The notes: generated from the sequence alone by a model not told the origin. A stretch of 41,665 nt of DNA from an uncultured Clostridia bacterium (GCA_947628425.1 CANQZV010000003.1:1-41665), one strand, 5' to 3'; numbered from the stretch's first letter, positions 8,896 to 20,036 are shown. A program made the numbers and translations.

Positions 8896-9777
8896 ATGGA
8901 AAATATTAAACAGGGTATAGTTATTAGTATTATATCTAATCTATTTTTTGTAGAAATTGAAAATAAAATATACGAATGCAATTCAAGAGGTATTTTTAAA
9001 AACAAAGAAGAAAAGCCTATAGTAGGAGATATTGTAAAAGTATGTATTCAAGAAAAACAAAACACTATTATTGAAATTATTAATAGAAAAATTTTTTTAA
9101 AAAGACCTAAAATAGCTAATTTAACTCAACTATTACTAGTAATTTCTGCCAAAAACCCAAAGCCAGATTTATTAATGTTAGACAAGCAATTAGCAATTGC
9201 AGAGTATTTGAAAATTAATCCAATTATTATAATAAATAAAAAAGATTTAGATGAAAAAGAAACTAATAAAATTGCACAAATATACTCTAAAATAGGATAT
9301 AGAGTTATTAAAAGTAATGCAAAAAATATAGAAGAAAACATAAATGAAATAAAAAGTGTATTACATAACAATATTAATGTTTTTTCTGGAAATTCTGGTG
9401 TAGGAAAATCTACATTAATTAATAGAATATTAAATAATAATGTAACACAAGAGGGAGAAATTAGCTATAAAAATAAAAAAGGAAAGAATACTACAACTTG
9501 GGTTAAATTATATAAGCTTGAAGAAAATACATATATAGCTGATACACCAGGTTTTTCTACGTTTGACATATACGAAATAAATTATAAAGAGTTATTTAAG
9601 TATTTTGTAGAATTTGAAAAATATATAAAAAAATGCGAATTTTCAGATTGTACTCATATAAAAGAAGAAGCTTGTGGAGTAAAATTAGAAGTAGGAAAAA
9701 ATATATCCGAATCTAGATATAATAATTTTAAAAAAATATATATAGAGTTAAAAGATAGAGAGGAGCATAAATGGTAG
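8896..9777 (+). CDS. rsgA: Ribosome small-subunit-dependent GTPase A
   Basis: Circularly permuted GTPase (NKKD, GNSGVGKS, GKNTTT, DTPGF) and Zn finger CEFSDCTHIKEEAC. Confidence 0.95.
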   Translation: MENIKQGIVISIISNLFFVEIENKIYECNSRGIFKNKEEKPIVGDIVKVCIQEKQNTIIEIINRKIFLKRPKIANLTQLLLVISAKNPKPDLLMLDKQLAIAEYLKINPIIIINKKDLDEKETNKIAQIYSKIGYRVIKSNAKNIEENINEIKSVLHNNINVFSGNSGVGKSTLINRILNNNVTQEGEISYKNKKGKNTTTWVKLYKLEENTYIADTPGFSTFDIYEINYKELFKYFVEFEKYIKKCEFSDCTHIKEEACGVKLEVGKNISESRYNNFKKIYIELKDREEHKW

Positions 9778-10436
9778 AGGTATCAACATCAATTTTATTA
9801 ATTAATAGAGATAATTCTATAAAAACATTATATAATTTAGAAATTGCGAAAACAGATTATTTTCATATAGATGTAATGGATGGAGAATTTGTAAATAATA
9901 ATACAATTGAAATTATGCAAGAATATTGTAGTCAAATAAAACAAATATCGAATATACCATTAGATGTGCATTTAATGGTAAAAGATATAAAAACATTTAT
10001 AAATGCTTATATTCCATATGAACCAAATAGTATAACGTTTCACTTAGAAGCATGTAAAGATAAAAATGAAGTTATAGAATGTATTAAATATATAACACAA
10101 AATAATATTAAAGTAGGAATAGCAATTAACCCTAATACATCTGTTAAAGAAATATATAACTATTTACCTTATGTGCATAGTATTTTAATAATGACTGTAG
10201 AACCAGGATATGGTGGGCAAAAATTAATACCAGAAACTATAGAAAAAATAAAAGAACTAAAAAATTATCTTAATAAGAAAAACATAGATATAGATATAGA
10301 AGTTGATGGTGGAATTAATTTGGAAAATATTAAATTATTAAAAGAAGCAGGAGCAAATATACTAGTGGCAGGTACAGCAATTTTAGAAGCAAAAAATTAT
10401 AAAGAAGTAATAAATAAAATAAAGGATATTAAATAA
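9771..10436 (+). CDS. rpe: Ribulose-phosphate 3-epimerase
   Basis: HIDVMDG, DVHLMV, MTVEPGYGGQ, EVDGGI and LVAGTA motifs. Confidence 0.95.
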   Translation: MVEVSTSILLINRDNSIKTLYNLEIAKTDYFHIDVMDGEFVNNNTIEIMQEYCSQIKQISNIPLDVHLMVKDIKTFINAYIPYEPNSITFHLEACKDKNEVIECIKYITQNNIKVGIAINPNTSVKEIYNYLPYVHSILIMTVEPGYGGQKLIPETIEKIKELKNYLNKKNIDIDIEVDGGINLENIKLLKEAGANILVAGTAILEAKNYKEVINKIKDIK

Positions 10437-10457
10437 ATTATATCCTTTATTTTATTT
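10412..10457. terminator. Bidirectional terminator-like hairpin between rpe and the convergent ATPase gene
   Basis: Perfect 18-bp inverted repeat AAATAAAATAAAGGATAT / ATATCCTTTATTTTATTT. Confidence 0.7.
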
Positions 10458-10493
10458 GAAAGCTAATATTTATCTAAATTTAAATTTATTTCT

Positions 10494-12818
10494 TTAATTA
10501 TTATCTTTCTTTCTATTTATGTCAAATATTATAGCATCATCATTATCAAGTAAAAAAGAACTATTTGTTGTATTATTTTTTATAGGATCAATATCTCCAT
10601 TTGATTCTTTATTGAATTCGATATTTTTTAAATTAAATTTTTCTTTTTTATTTTTTGTATTTAAGTTTTCTTCACTAATACCATTTGTAAATTTTGTAAA
10701 ATCAAATTGTTTACTTGAATGTTGTTCTGAATATTTAGAGTTTAAAACATCTACTTTCATTGTACCAACTAAATTTTTACCCTTTAAGTTTTTAACTTTA
10801 TACATACATTGCTTTGCTTTTAAAGCTTGCACTTTTCCTGGTGTATAATTTGGTTTCCATTTATATAAAGCATTTTTATATTTTGGATCATACTGACCTT
10901 TTTCAGTATCATAATCGTAAGTAAATGTCCATTCTCTTTTATCTCCAAGTTCATTTGACCACCACTCATTATCTTCTGGTGTATTATTTCCAAAAATAAA
11001 TTTATTAGAGCAGTTAGCAAGAATTGTTTCTCTATATTTGCTTCGTTTTTGTTCACCTAATTGTCTTAAGTTTTGAGCGGATATTATTAATCCTACTTTG
11101 TATTTTCTATATAATGTGAACATATTTGTTGTAGCATGTGTAATAAAGTCAGGAAATTCATCTATATATAAGAAATGAGGAACTCGAGATTTCTCGTTTC
11201 CAGGTCTTCTTAAAACAGAGTATTGCATTAATAATAAGAAAAATAATCCAAAGGCAGTATGAACACTAGCACCTAAGTCTCCACGTCTGGTACATACTAA
11301 AGTTATTTCTCCATTTTCTAATACATCATCATAGTTTAAATTATTAGATCTGTTACACAAAATATTTTTAACTCCCTGAACTCTAAGAAGTGTATCTAAT
11401 TGTGTAGTTGCTGCATTAATATATTTTTCAGTTTCTGCTTTGTTTGCACCATTTGAATAAAAGTTCTTTTTAAAATAACCTAATTGCAAAGAATATTTTT
11501 CAGCAAGTTCAGGTATTTCTTCTAACTGATTACACATTTTTTCGACTATTGAAAAATCATTAAACATATTTAACATATCTTCCAAATTTGGTAGTAAATT
11601 ATTATTTAATCTTGGATACATTTCTTTTAATAAAATTGAAATATTTTCAACAGCTTGTATTGTTACGTTCTGTCTATATGATTCTTCTAAATCTGTACCT
11701 GCATAAGTATACATTTCCTTTAATACAGATGAAATTATAATTGCAATTTTTACAGGATCATCAAATGCAAAAGGGTTTAATCCAGGTGAATTTGGATTTG
11801 ATGGATCAATTAAGTTAACAGGTATATTATAGTTTTTAGCAACTTCTAACATTCTAGATGTAGATTCATAATCTGGAGAAATAGAAGTAAAACCTAAGTT
11901 TCTATATACAGTTGTTGTACCATCATAAGCTATCATCTTTTTTAAATATGCTTTAAAGATTTTTTCTTTTCCATTATTAGGAACAAGCATATTTAAATTA
12001 AAATTGTCATTTAAATATTGATTGTCATAAGGATATTTAAGTGATGCAATACCAGTTTTTAATGCAGTATATCCAAGTTCTTTAGATGCTTCTTTAAAGA
12101 AATATTTTTTTTCAATATCTTTTGCCATCATTGGTTCAAACATCATAGAAGTTTTTCCACTACCAGAAACCCCGCATACAAATGTAGATTGAAATCTTCC
12201 TTGTTCTGTAATTATAACAGAAGAACCAGAAACTTTATCAGAATATAATGGCATTTCTACTGAATATGCACCAGTATTTTCTTTTTTACCAGATAAATCA
12301 ATACCACCATAATCCATAATAGAATCTCTAATGTCTTTTGTATCATTAATCCATGAAAATAATTTTTTAAATAATGGATAGAATGTTACTAAAGGTAAGT
12401 ATATGGCTAATGATTGAAATGCTGGTTGGATAAGGTTTGAAAAATCTGATACTATATTTACATATCCAGGTGTTGCCATAAATAATAACCAACATAATAA
12501 ATTAAACCATTGTACTACCATAGATATTCCAATAATATATAATGCTATACAATATAAATAAAAAAATGATAGTTTAATTCTTGATGCATTAACAAAAGAT
12601 GAAGAGCCAGAAAATAAAAATGCGAAAATTGGACATGCAATTGCTAATGTATATTGTATAGGAGACCAGTAAGATACAGATACTCCAGTTAAAATCATAA
12701 ATAACATCTCTACAATTCTATCAACAGCAAGATAAATAGTAATAACTGTTAAAATATATGTAAAGAAAGTGTTTCTATCAGTTTTAAGAAACTTTAAAAA
12801 TTTATCAAAAATTTTCAT
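10494..12818 (-). CDS. VirD4/TraG/TraD-like coupling-protein ATPase with N-terminal TM segments
   Basis: About four N-terminal TMs, Walker A GVSGSGKT, LNPF, Walker B HFLYIDEF, RKYKVGLIISAQNLRQL, ILANC and WSNELG, as in the TraG/TraD C-terminal domain. Confidence 0.8.
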   Translation of the reverse strand: MKIFDKFLKFLKTDRNTFFTYILTVITIYLAVDRIVEMLFMILTGVSVSYWSPIQYTLAIACPIFAFLFSGSSSFVNASRIKLSFFYLYCIALYIIGISMVVQWFNLLCWLLFMATPGYVNIVSDFSNLIQPAFQSLAIYLPLVTFYPLFKKLFSWINDTKDIRDSIMDYGGIDLSGKKENTGAYSVEMPLYSDKVSGSSVIITEQGRFQSTFVCGVSGSGKTSMMFEPMMAKDIEKKYFFKEASKELGYTALKTGIASLKYPYDNQYLNDNFNLNMLVPNNGKEKIFKAYLKKMIAYDGTTTVYRNLGFTSISPDYESTSRMLEVAKNYNIPVNLIDPSNPNSPGLNPFAFDDPVKIAIIISSVLKEMYTYAGTDLEESYRQNVTIQAVENISILLKEMYPRLNNNLLPNLEDMLNMFNDFSIVEKMCNQLEEIPELAEKYSLQLGYFKKNFYSNGANKAETEKYINAATTQLDTLLRVQGVKNILCNRSNNLNYDDVLENGEITLVCTRRGDLGASVHTAFGLFFLLLMQYSVLRRPGNEKSRVPHFLYIDEFPDFITHATTNMFTLYRKYKVGLIISAQNLRQLGEQKRSKYRETILANCSNKFIFGNNTPEDNEWWSNELGDKREWTFTYDYDTEKGQYDPKYKNALYKWKPNYTPGKVQALKAKQCMYKVKNLKGKNLVGTMKVDVLNSKYSEQHSSKQFDFTKFTNGISEENLNTKNKKEKFNLKNIEFNKESNGDIDPIKNNTTNSSFLLDNDDAIIFDINRKKDNN

Positions 12819-12922
12819 TTCTAATTACTCCCCTAATAAATAATTATATATATTATCTTACAAAATGAGTAAAAAAACAAGAGTTTTTATACAAAATGTA
12901 GAAAAAAAATTTACAAATTTAC

Positions 12923-12951
12923 TTGAATAAAATATAAAATATGAATATAAT
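12923..12951 (+). promoter_or_regulatory. Sigma-A promoter
   Basis: TTGAAT-N17-TATAAT upstream of 13000. Confidence 0.5.
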
Positions 12952-12999
12952 TATAAAACAGTATAAAATGAATTTAAAAATTAAAGGAATGGTAAAAAC

Positions 13000-14628
13000 A
13001 TGGATGAGAAAAAAAGAATAGAAAAGAAAGATGGATTTATGTTGGGCGTTTTATCGCTAATGCTTTCTCAAACTTTAATAAAATTGTTGGGTTTGGTTTC
13101 TAAAATTTTCTTAACTAATAAAGAAGGTTTTGGAGATATAGGTAATGGAATTTATGGTAGCGGTTATCAAATATATGCTATGTTACTTACCATTTCATCA
13201 ATTGGTGTACCTAATGCTATTGCAAAATTAATATCAGAAAAAGTTGCGGTTGATAATTATAAAGGAGCTCATAGAGTATTTAGAATTGCATTAATTACAT
13301 TTGGATTAATAGGATTTATAGGTACTTTAATATTATTTTTAGGTGCATCTGGTATTGCAAATGCAATTGGTGTTCCAGAAGCAGAATTATCATTAAAAGT
13401 ACTTTCACCATCTATTACATTTGTTACAGTAGCATCTGTTATAAGAGGTTATTTTAACGGATTGGATAAAGTATCTGTTACTGCAAAAGCACAAGCTTTA
13501 GAACAAGTATTTAAAACAGTTATTACAATCTTAGCTGTAGAAATAATAGGAATAGGAACAAATTTAGATACAACACTGATGGCAGCAGGAGCAAACTTAG
13601 CTACAACTTTATCTGTATTTCTAAGTTTTGTATACATATACATATATTACAATAAATTTAAAAAGATGATACTTCCAAAAATAAAACAAAACATAAATTA
13701 TATTCCAGATAGGATAAAAAATATTGTAAAAAAAATATTATTTGTTTCTATTCCTATTACTTTAAGTGCAATTATGTCTACACTATCAAAAATAGTAGAT
13801 ATTGTAACAGTAGTAAAGGGACTTAAGAAATTTTTGCCAGATTCAGTTGCAAAAGCTCATTATGGTATTTTATCTGGAAAAGTGGATACATTAGCAACAT
13901 TGCCGCTTTCTTTTAATATTGCATTTGCAACTGCACTAGTTCCATCAGTATCTTCTTTAATTACAAAAAATGATACCAGAACAGCTAGCAAACGAATATC
14001 ATTTTCATTATTAGTAACTATGCTTATTGGGTTACCATGTACATTTGGTATGATGGTATTTGCACAGCCAATTATTAATTTATTGTTTCCGAATGCAACT
14101 GAGGGAGGATTTTTATTACAAATTTTCTCATTAACTATTATTTTTGCTGTATTAATGCAAACCACAAATGGAGCATTACAGGGGTTAGGAAGAATTATTG
14201 TTCCAGCAATTACATCATTTATTGGTGTTGCTTTAAAATTAATTTTTAACTTAATACTAGTTCCAAATCCTAAGTATGGGGTTAATGGTGCAGCAATTGC
14301 TTCTGTAATTAATAATTTCTTTGCATTCTTTTTAAGTTTTCTTGTTTTAAGAAAAACAATAAAGTTAGAATTAAATTTTACAAAATTTATATTAAAACCA
14401 GTTATTGCTACTGTAGCTATGTGCATATGTTCTTATTATTTGTATACAATATTAATAGGTATTATTTCATTAAAAATAGCTACTATTATTAGTTTAATAT
14501 TTGCTGTAATAATTTATATTATTATGGTTATTATATTAAAAATATTTACACAAGAAGAAATATTAATGATTCCATATGGTAAAAAAATTAGCAAAATTCT
14601 TAAAACCATTGGTATTAAGCAAAACTAG
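13000..14628 (+). CDS. SpoVB/YabM/MurJ-like MOP-superfamily flippase
   Basis: About 14 TMs; SSIGVPNAIAKLIS, RGYFNG, EQ and LQGLG motifs. Confidence 0.85.
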   Translation: MDEKKRIEKKDGFMLGVLSLMLSQTLIKLLGLVSKIFLTNKEGFGDIGNGIYGSGYQIYAMLLTISSIGVPNAIAKLISEKVAVDNYKGAHRVFRIALITFGLIGFIGTLILFLGASGIANAIGVPEAELSLKVLSPSITFVTVASVIRGYFNGLDKVSVTAKAQALEQVFKTVITILAVEIIGIGTNLDTTLMAAGANLATTLSVFLSFVYIYIYYNKFKKMILPKIKQNINYIPDRIKNIVKKILFVSIPITLSAIMSTLSKIVDIVTVVKGLKKFLPDSVAKAHYGILSGKVDTLATLPLSFNIAFATALVPSVSSLITKNDTRTASKRISFSLLVTMLIGLPCTFGMMVFAQPIINLLFPNATEGGFLLQIFSLTIIFAVLMQTTNGALQGLGRIIVPAITSFIGVALKLIFNLILVPNPKYGVNGAAIASVINNFFAFFLSFLVLRKTIKLELNFTKFILKPVIATVAMCICSYYLYTILIGIISLKIATIISLIFAVIIYIIMVIILKIFTQEEILMIPYGKKISKILKTIGIKQN

Positions 14629-14797
14629 GTATTTTAATATTAATGCTTTTTTACAAAAAATGTTTATTTTCTTACTCTATAAAGGATTTTAAGAAAAAAA
14701 GTTTTAAAAAAAAAGAAGGATTTTATTTTAATATGACGAATAATGCTAATGTAGAAGAAATTTCTACATATTTCAAACTTTTTAGGAGGTAAATTAA

Positions 14798-15076
14798 ATG
14801 AACAAATCTGATTTAGTAGCAGCTATAGCTGCAAAAACAGGAGACACAAAGAAAAGTGCAGAAGAAACATTAAACGCTTTCGTTGATGTTGTTATCGAGA
14901 CATTAGTTAAAGGAGAAAAAGTACAATTAGTAGGTTTTGGTTCTTTCGAAGTAAGAAAAAGAGCTGCTAGAAAAGGTAGAAATCCACAAACTAAAGAAGA
15001 AATTAAAATACCAGCATCAAAAGCTCCAGTATTTAAAGCTGGAAAAGCATTAAAAGATTTAGTTAATAAAAAATAA
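14798..15076 (+). CDS. hup: DNA-binding protein HU
   Basis: MNKSDLV...[20 protein letters not shown]...[11 protein letters not shown]. Confidence 0.97.
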   Translation: MNKSDLVAAIAAKTGDTKKSAEETLNAFVDVVIETLVKGEKVQLVGFGSFEVRKRAARKGRNPQTKEEIKIPASKAPVFKAGKALKDLVNKK

Positions 15077-15091
15077 TTATTAATAATAAAT

Positions 15092-15125
15092 AAAAAAGAA
15101 CATTTTTAAAATGTTCTTTTTTTAT
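15092..15125 (+). terminator. Intrinsic terminator after hup
   Basis: AAAAAAGAACATTT / AAATGTTCTTTTTT. Confidence 0.75.
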
Positions 15126-15135
15126 TTTTATAAAC

Positions 15136-15164
15136 TTGACAAAACAGGAAAAACTATGTAAAAT
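15136..15164 (+). promoter_or_regulatory. Sigma-A promoter of aspS
   Basis: TTGACA-N17-TAAAAT. Confidence 0.7.
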
Positions 15165-15222
15165 GAAATCTGTTAAATAATTACTACTACATAAATGAAA
15201 GTAGTTAAAGGAGATAATATAT

Positions 15223-16989
15223 ATGAATGTTTATAGAACGCATAATTGTGGAGAATTAACAAAACAAGATGTTGGAAAATCTGTTAAAATTGCAGGATGG
15301 GTACAAGTTATTAGAGATTTAGGAGGACTGCTTTTTATTGACTTAAGAGATCAATATGGTATTACTCAAGCTGTTGTTACTGTAGAAAGTAACTTACTTG
15401 AAATGGCTTCTAAAATTCCTAACGAATCTACTATTTCTGTTGAGGGAATTGTTAAATTAAGAGATGAAGAGACTATTAATAAAAATATTGTAACAGGAGA
15501 AGTAGAAGTTGTTGCAGAAAAAATTGAAATATTAGGAAAAAGATTGAAAAATTTACCTTTTGAAATTAATTCAGATAAAGAGGTAAGAGAAGATTTAAGA
15601 TTACAATACAGATTTTTAGATTTAAGAAATGAAAAATTAAAAAATAATATTTTATATAGAGCAAAAATATTACAATTTTTAAGAAATCAAATGATAGAAA
15701 AAGGATTTACAGAAGTTCAAACACCAGTACTTACTAGTTCATCACCAGAAGGAGCTAGAGATTACTTAGTACCAAGTAGAGTTCATCCAGGAAAATTTTA
15801 TGCACTACCACAAGCTCCTCAACAATTTAAACAATTATTAATGATATCTGGAATTGATAAATATTTTCAAATAGCACCATGTTTTAGAGACGAAGATGCA
15901 AGAGCAGATAGAGCACCAGGAGAATTTTATCAATTAGATATGGAAATGGCTTTTGCAACACAAGAAGATGTTTTTGAAGTTATGGAAAAAGTAATGTATA
16001 ATACTTTCAAAGAATTTGGAGGAAAGAAAGTAGCTGAATATCCTTTTCCAAGAATTGCATATAAAGATGCAATGTTAAAGTATGGTAGTGATAAGCCAGA
16101 TTTAAGAAACCCACTTATTATACAAGATGTAACGGACATATTCCAAAATATAGAATTTAACGCTTTTAAAGGAAAAACTGTAAGAACAATCACAGTTCAA
16201 AATGTGCAAGATGTACCAAGAAAGTTTTATGATGGAATGACTAATTTTGCTATAGAAGAATGTGGTGCGAAGGGTCTAGCATGGTTAAAAGTATTAGAAG
16301 ATAGAAGCTTACAGGGCCCAATTGCAAAATTTATTGATGATGATGCAAGAGAAAAAATGTTAACATCAACAAATACAAATCCAGGAGATGCAATTTTCTT
16401 TATAGCAGAACAACCAGGTATAGTAGAAAACTTGGCGGGAAAAATAAGAGAAGAATTGGGAATACGTCTAGATTTGATTGAAAAAGATGTATATAAATTC
16501 TGTTGGATTGTAGATTTTCCTATGTATGAATTAAATGAAGAAGGAAAATTAGATTTTTGCCATAATCCATTTTCAATGCCACAAGGTGGAATGGATGATT
16601 TATTAAATAAGAATCCACTAGATATTTTAGCATATCAGTATGATATTGTATGTAATGGTATAGAACTTTCTTCAGGAGCTGTTAGAAATCATAATCCAGA
16701 AATTATGGTAAAAGCATTTAATATTGCAGGATATGATAAAACAACAATTGAAAATAAATTTCCAGCATTATTTAATGCCTTCCATTATGGAGCACCACCA
16801 CATGCAGGAATTGCACCAGGTATAGATAGAATGATAATGTTGATGCAAGATGAACCAAGTATAAGAGAAGTAATTGCATTCCCAATGAATAGTAAAGCAC
16901 AAGATTTAATGATGGGAGCTCCAGGAGAAGTAACAGAAGAACAATTAAGAGATGTACACATAAAGATAAGAGAAAGTAAAAATAAATAA
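15223..16989 (+). CDS. aspS: Aspartate--tRNA ligase
   Basis: YRTHNCGEL, PEGARDYLVPSR, CFRDED, YGSDKPDLR and GAPPHAGIAPGIDR motifs. Confidence 0.97.
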   Translation: MNVYRTHNCGELTKQDVGKSVKIAGWVQVIRDLGGLLFIDLRDQYGITQAVVTVESNLLEMASKIPNESTISVEGIVKLRDEETINKNIVTGEVEVVAEKIEILGKRLKNLPFEINSDKEVREDLRLQYRFLDLRNEKLKNNILYRAKILQFLRNQMIEKGFTEVQTPVLTSSSPEGARDYLVPSRVHPGKFYALPQAPQQFKQLLMISGIDKYFQIAPCFRDEDARADRAPGEFYQLDMEMAFATQEDVFEVMEKVMYNTFKEFGGKKVAEYPFPRIAYKDAMLKYGSDKPDLRNPLIIQDVTDIFQNIEFNAFKGKTVRTITVQNVQDVPRKFYDGMTNFAIEECGAKGLAWLKVLEDRSLQGPIAKFIDDDAREKMLTSTNTNPGDAIFFIAEQPGIVENLAGKIREELGIRLDLIEKDVYKFCWIVDFPMYELNEEGKLDFCHNPFSMPQGGMDDLLNKNPLDILAYQYDIVCNGIELSSGAVRNHNPEIMVKAFNIAGYDKTTIENKFPALFNAFHYGAPPHAGIAPGIDRMIMLMQDEPSIREVIAFPMNSKAQDLMMGAPGEVTEEQLRDVHIKIRESKNK

Positions 16990-17007
16990 TTATATATATT
17001 ATAAATT

Positions 17008-17092
17008 AAATAGACTGTACTAGAATATAAAATGAAAAATAAATAACCATTTTTGGGCATTTATTATGTTATTCTAGGATAGTCTATTTTTT
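17008..17092 (+). terminator. Long imperfect hairpin after aspS
   Basis: AAATAGACTGT-A-CTAGAATA ... TATTCTAG-G-ATAGTCTATTT followed by a T tract. Confidence 0.6.
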
Positions 17093-17198
17093 ATATAAAT
17101 ATATTTAGATTAGAAATTTATTACAATTAAATTACAAATATTGATAAATATATAACAATATGATATATATAAAATATTATAGGAAGAAAGAGGATAAA

Positions 17199-18500
17199 AT
17201 GTCGGTTATTAAAAAAACAAAAGAGGAAATAAATTCAATTAAAAAAAAGAATGTTGCAAGAAGAAAAAATGCAATTTTATATCCAATTTATAAAGTTTTT
17301 GCATGGGATTTACTATGTTATTATTCTATTGAATATTTATTTTTAACAATTACAAAAGGAATAACTCCTAGCCAAGTTCTTACTGTAACTGCCGCATATA
17401 CAATATCTAAAGCTCTTTTACAAATTCCCGCTGTTATTATTTCAGAATATCTGGGTAAAAGAAAAAGTATGATTTTGGGTAATTTTCTTGTATTGTTACA
17501 TATTTTATTATTAATTTTTGCACCTAATATATTTATAATATATTTTGCTGAATCTTTTGCAGCAGTTGGATATAATATAAAAGATATATGTGATAGTAAT
17601 TTACTATATGATTCTGTTGCTACAAAAGGTGGAGATGGTTTATATAGTAAATTAGAGAGTAGAGGTGGAAGTGGTTATTACGTATTAGATGCTATACTTT
17701 CTTTAATGGCAGGTTATTTATTTGTAATAAATAATTATATTCCAATGATTATTTGTGCAATATGTTTACTTATTTCTTTAATTATTGCATTTAGATTAAA
17801 GGAAATTTATTCTATTAAAAAAAGGAAGAACATTGGTGAATTTATTATTAAATATAAAACAGACCTTATTACATCATTGAAGTTTATAAAAAAATCTAAA
17901 AGAATGAAAGCATATGTTTTATTTGGAGCATTATTCTATGCAATTATAAAAATATTTGACAAATATAAAAGTAGTTTATTAATTGATGTTGGAATATCAT
18001 CTGAACAATATTCAATTATTATAGCAGTACTTAGTTTAATTGCTGGAGTTTCAGTTTCATTTGCAAAAAATATTCAACATAAATTTAAAAACAAAACTTT
18101 AACTTATATATCAATAACTTATATATTATCTATACTATTTTCAGGTGTAATTGCATTAAATCTAACAAATAATGTAGCAATACCATTTATACTTGCTTTA
18201 TATGTTATCTCAAGAATATGTGATTCTCAATGGTATATAGTTAAAGGAAAATATTTAAAGAATTTTACAAAACCTAATACAAGAGCTAAAATTACATTTA
18301 CATTTGAAGCTATTTCTTCATTATCTTGTGGATTAGCGTCAATACTTGGAGCCATGATATTAGAAATTACAGATATTAATCATGCAATTATAATAGTAGC
18401 ATTAACTGGATTAGCTTTAATGATTATTGTACTTGATTATATGAAAAGTAGATTTGGTTTAAAACCTAAACAATATGAAAAAGCAGATATAGAATTTTAA
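17199..18500 (+). CDS. MFS transporter
   Basis: About 12 TMs, MFS motif-A-like SEYLGKRKS; start at ATG 17199 after GAGGA. Confidence 0.75.
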   Translation: MSVIKKTKEEINSIKKKNVARRKNAILYPIYKVFAWDLLCYYSIEYLFLTITKGITPSQVLTVTAAYTISKALLQIPAVIISEYLGKRKSMILGNFLVLLHILLLIFAPNIFIIYFAESFAAVGYNIKDICDSNLLYDSVATKGGDGLYSKLESRGGSGYYVLDAILSLMAGYLFVINNYIPMIICAICLLISLIIAFRLKEIYSIKKRKNIGEFIIKYKTDLITSLKFIKKSKRMKAYVLFGALFYAIIKIFDKYKSSLLIDVGISSEQYSIIIAVLSLIAGVSVSFAKNIQHKFKNKTLTYISITYILSILFSGVIALNLTNNVAIPFILALYVISRICDSQWYIVKGKYLKNFTKPNTRAKITFTFEAISSLSCGLASILGAMILEITDINHAIIIVALTGLALMIIVLDYMKSRFGLKPKQYEKADIEF

Positions 18501-18548
18501 TATTACCAAAAAATCACTTTAAGAATATATTATTCTGAGGTGATTTTT

Positions 18549-19037
18549 TTGAAAGAGATATTATACAATAGAGATATGGCGGTAACGTATGCAAGAAAAT
18601 GGGCTTATAAAAGAAATCCTAAATATTACAATTTTGATAATATAGGTGGAGATTGCACTTCATTTGTTTCACAATGTATATATGCTGGCAGCAAAATAAT
18701 GAATTATAAAAAACATGTTGGGTGGTACTATAACTCCGTAAATGATAGAAGTCCTTCTTGGAGTGGAGTAGAATATTTATATGATTTTTTAACCACTAAT
18801 CAAAGTGTTGGACCAAGTGCAAAAGTAACAGATATAAGTAATATGGAAATAGGAGATATAGTTCAATTAAAGTTTAGTAATATGAGTAATTTTTCACATA
18901 GTTTATTAGTAGTAGATAAAATAAATAGTGAAATTTATGTAGCTACTCATACAGATGATTCATACAATAGAAATCTATCAAGTTACACTTATGAAGGAAT
19001 TAGATTTTTACATATAAATAAAGTTTTAACTTGGTAA
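18549..19037 (+). CDS. Amidase_6-type (NlpC/P60-like) putative amidase
   Basis: YNRDMAVTYARKW, GGDCTSFVSQC, GDIVQL, HS and ATHT motifs; TTG start after GAGGTG. Confidence 0.8.
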   Translation: MKEILYNRDMAVTYARKWAYKRNPKYYNFDNIGGDCTSFVSQCIYAGSKIMNYKKHVGWYYNSVNDRSPSWSGVEYLYDFLTTNQSVGPSAKVTDISNMEIGDIVQLKFSNMSNFSHSLLVVDKINSEIYVATHTDDSYNRNLSSYTYEGIRFLHINKVLTW

Positions 19038-19213
19038 TATTAGAAAAATGTTAAGTTTATATATTATTTAGGTTTACTTTTTTAAAGTTGCAAATTCGAA
19101 TCGAGAAGAAAAAAGTGTGCTTAGTAAATTTGTTCTATAATATTTTTTTATAAAAATTCTTGAAATATTATTATATTACTGATAGAATTATATAATAAAT
19201 TCAAGAAGAAAGC

Positions 19214-20017
19214 GTGAAATACATGAATAGTAATAAAAAAAGTCTAAAAATATTTGGAATAACAATTTGGAGAATATGTGCTTATCTTATTATTTATAGT
19301 GTAATAGGTTTTATTATAGAAACATTATATGCTATACTTCTATACAATGTACTAGAGAGTCGAAAAAGTTTTCTATATGGACCATTTTGTGCAATTTACG
19401 GAATTGGTGCAACATTAATGATTTTATTTATAAAAAAATATTTTAATAAAAATAATTATACTTTATTTTTAGGAGGTTTTGTTATTGGCTCTATAGTTGA
19501 ATATACAATTAACTACTTAGGAGAATTAACAACAAGTGTAAAATGGTGGGATTATTCAAACCAATTTTTAAATATAAATGGAAGAATATGTTTATTATAT
19601 TCTTTTTTATGGGGAATATTATCAATTTTTATTATTAAATTTTTTAATCCTAAAATAGACAAATTTCTGAATTGGCTGAAACAAAAGTTTAATCCAAAAT
19701 TATCAAAATTAATAATTATTTTTAGTATTATATTTTTGTTAATAGACTATATTATAACAGGAGTTGCAATTAGCTTATGCCTATTAAGAAAATCTGTAGA
19801 AAATAATTTAAACATAAAGAACAAAGAAAAAGCTCAAAAATTGTATAGCTATATATATAATAATGAAAAATTAAGCGATTTTATCAATTATTTTTGGAAT
19901 GATAATAAAATGCTGATTACATTTCCTAATTTAAATATATTATTACAAGATGGTACGATAGTTTATATAAAAAATTTAACGCCAAATGTTAAAACTTATT
20001 ATTACAAATTTAAATAG
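19214..20017 (+). CDS. Putative ABC transporter permease (CmpB-like family)
   Basis: FLYGPFCAIYGIG and EY....WWDYS..FLNINGRICL...WG motifs. Confidence 0.8.
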   Translation: MKYMNSNKKSLKIFGITIWRICAYLIIYSVIGFIIETLYAILLYNVLESRKSFLYGPFCAIYGIGATLMILFIKKYFNKNNYTLFLGGFVIGSIVEYTINYLGELTTSVKWWDYSNQFLNINGRICLLYSFLWGILSIFIIKFFNPKIDKFLNWLKQKFNPKLSKLIIIFSIIFLLIDYIITGVAISLCLLRKSVENNLNIKNKEKAQKLYSYIYNNEKLSDFINYFWNDNKMLITFPNLNILLQDGTIVYIKNLTPNVKTYYYKFK

Positions 20018-20036
20018 AAAGTATGGTATAACAATA

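Noticed and set aside
15165-15222. T-box leader for aspS
   Set aside because: Only about 55 nt between promoter and start, and no T-box sequence.
19060-19130. Imperfect hairpin between the amidase and permease genes
   Set aside because: Pairing is mostly A/T runs with mismatches; too weak to call a structured RNA.
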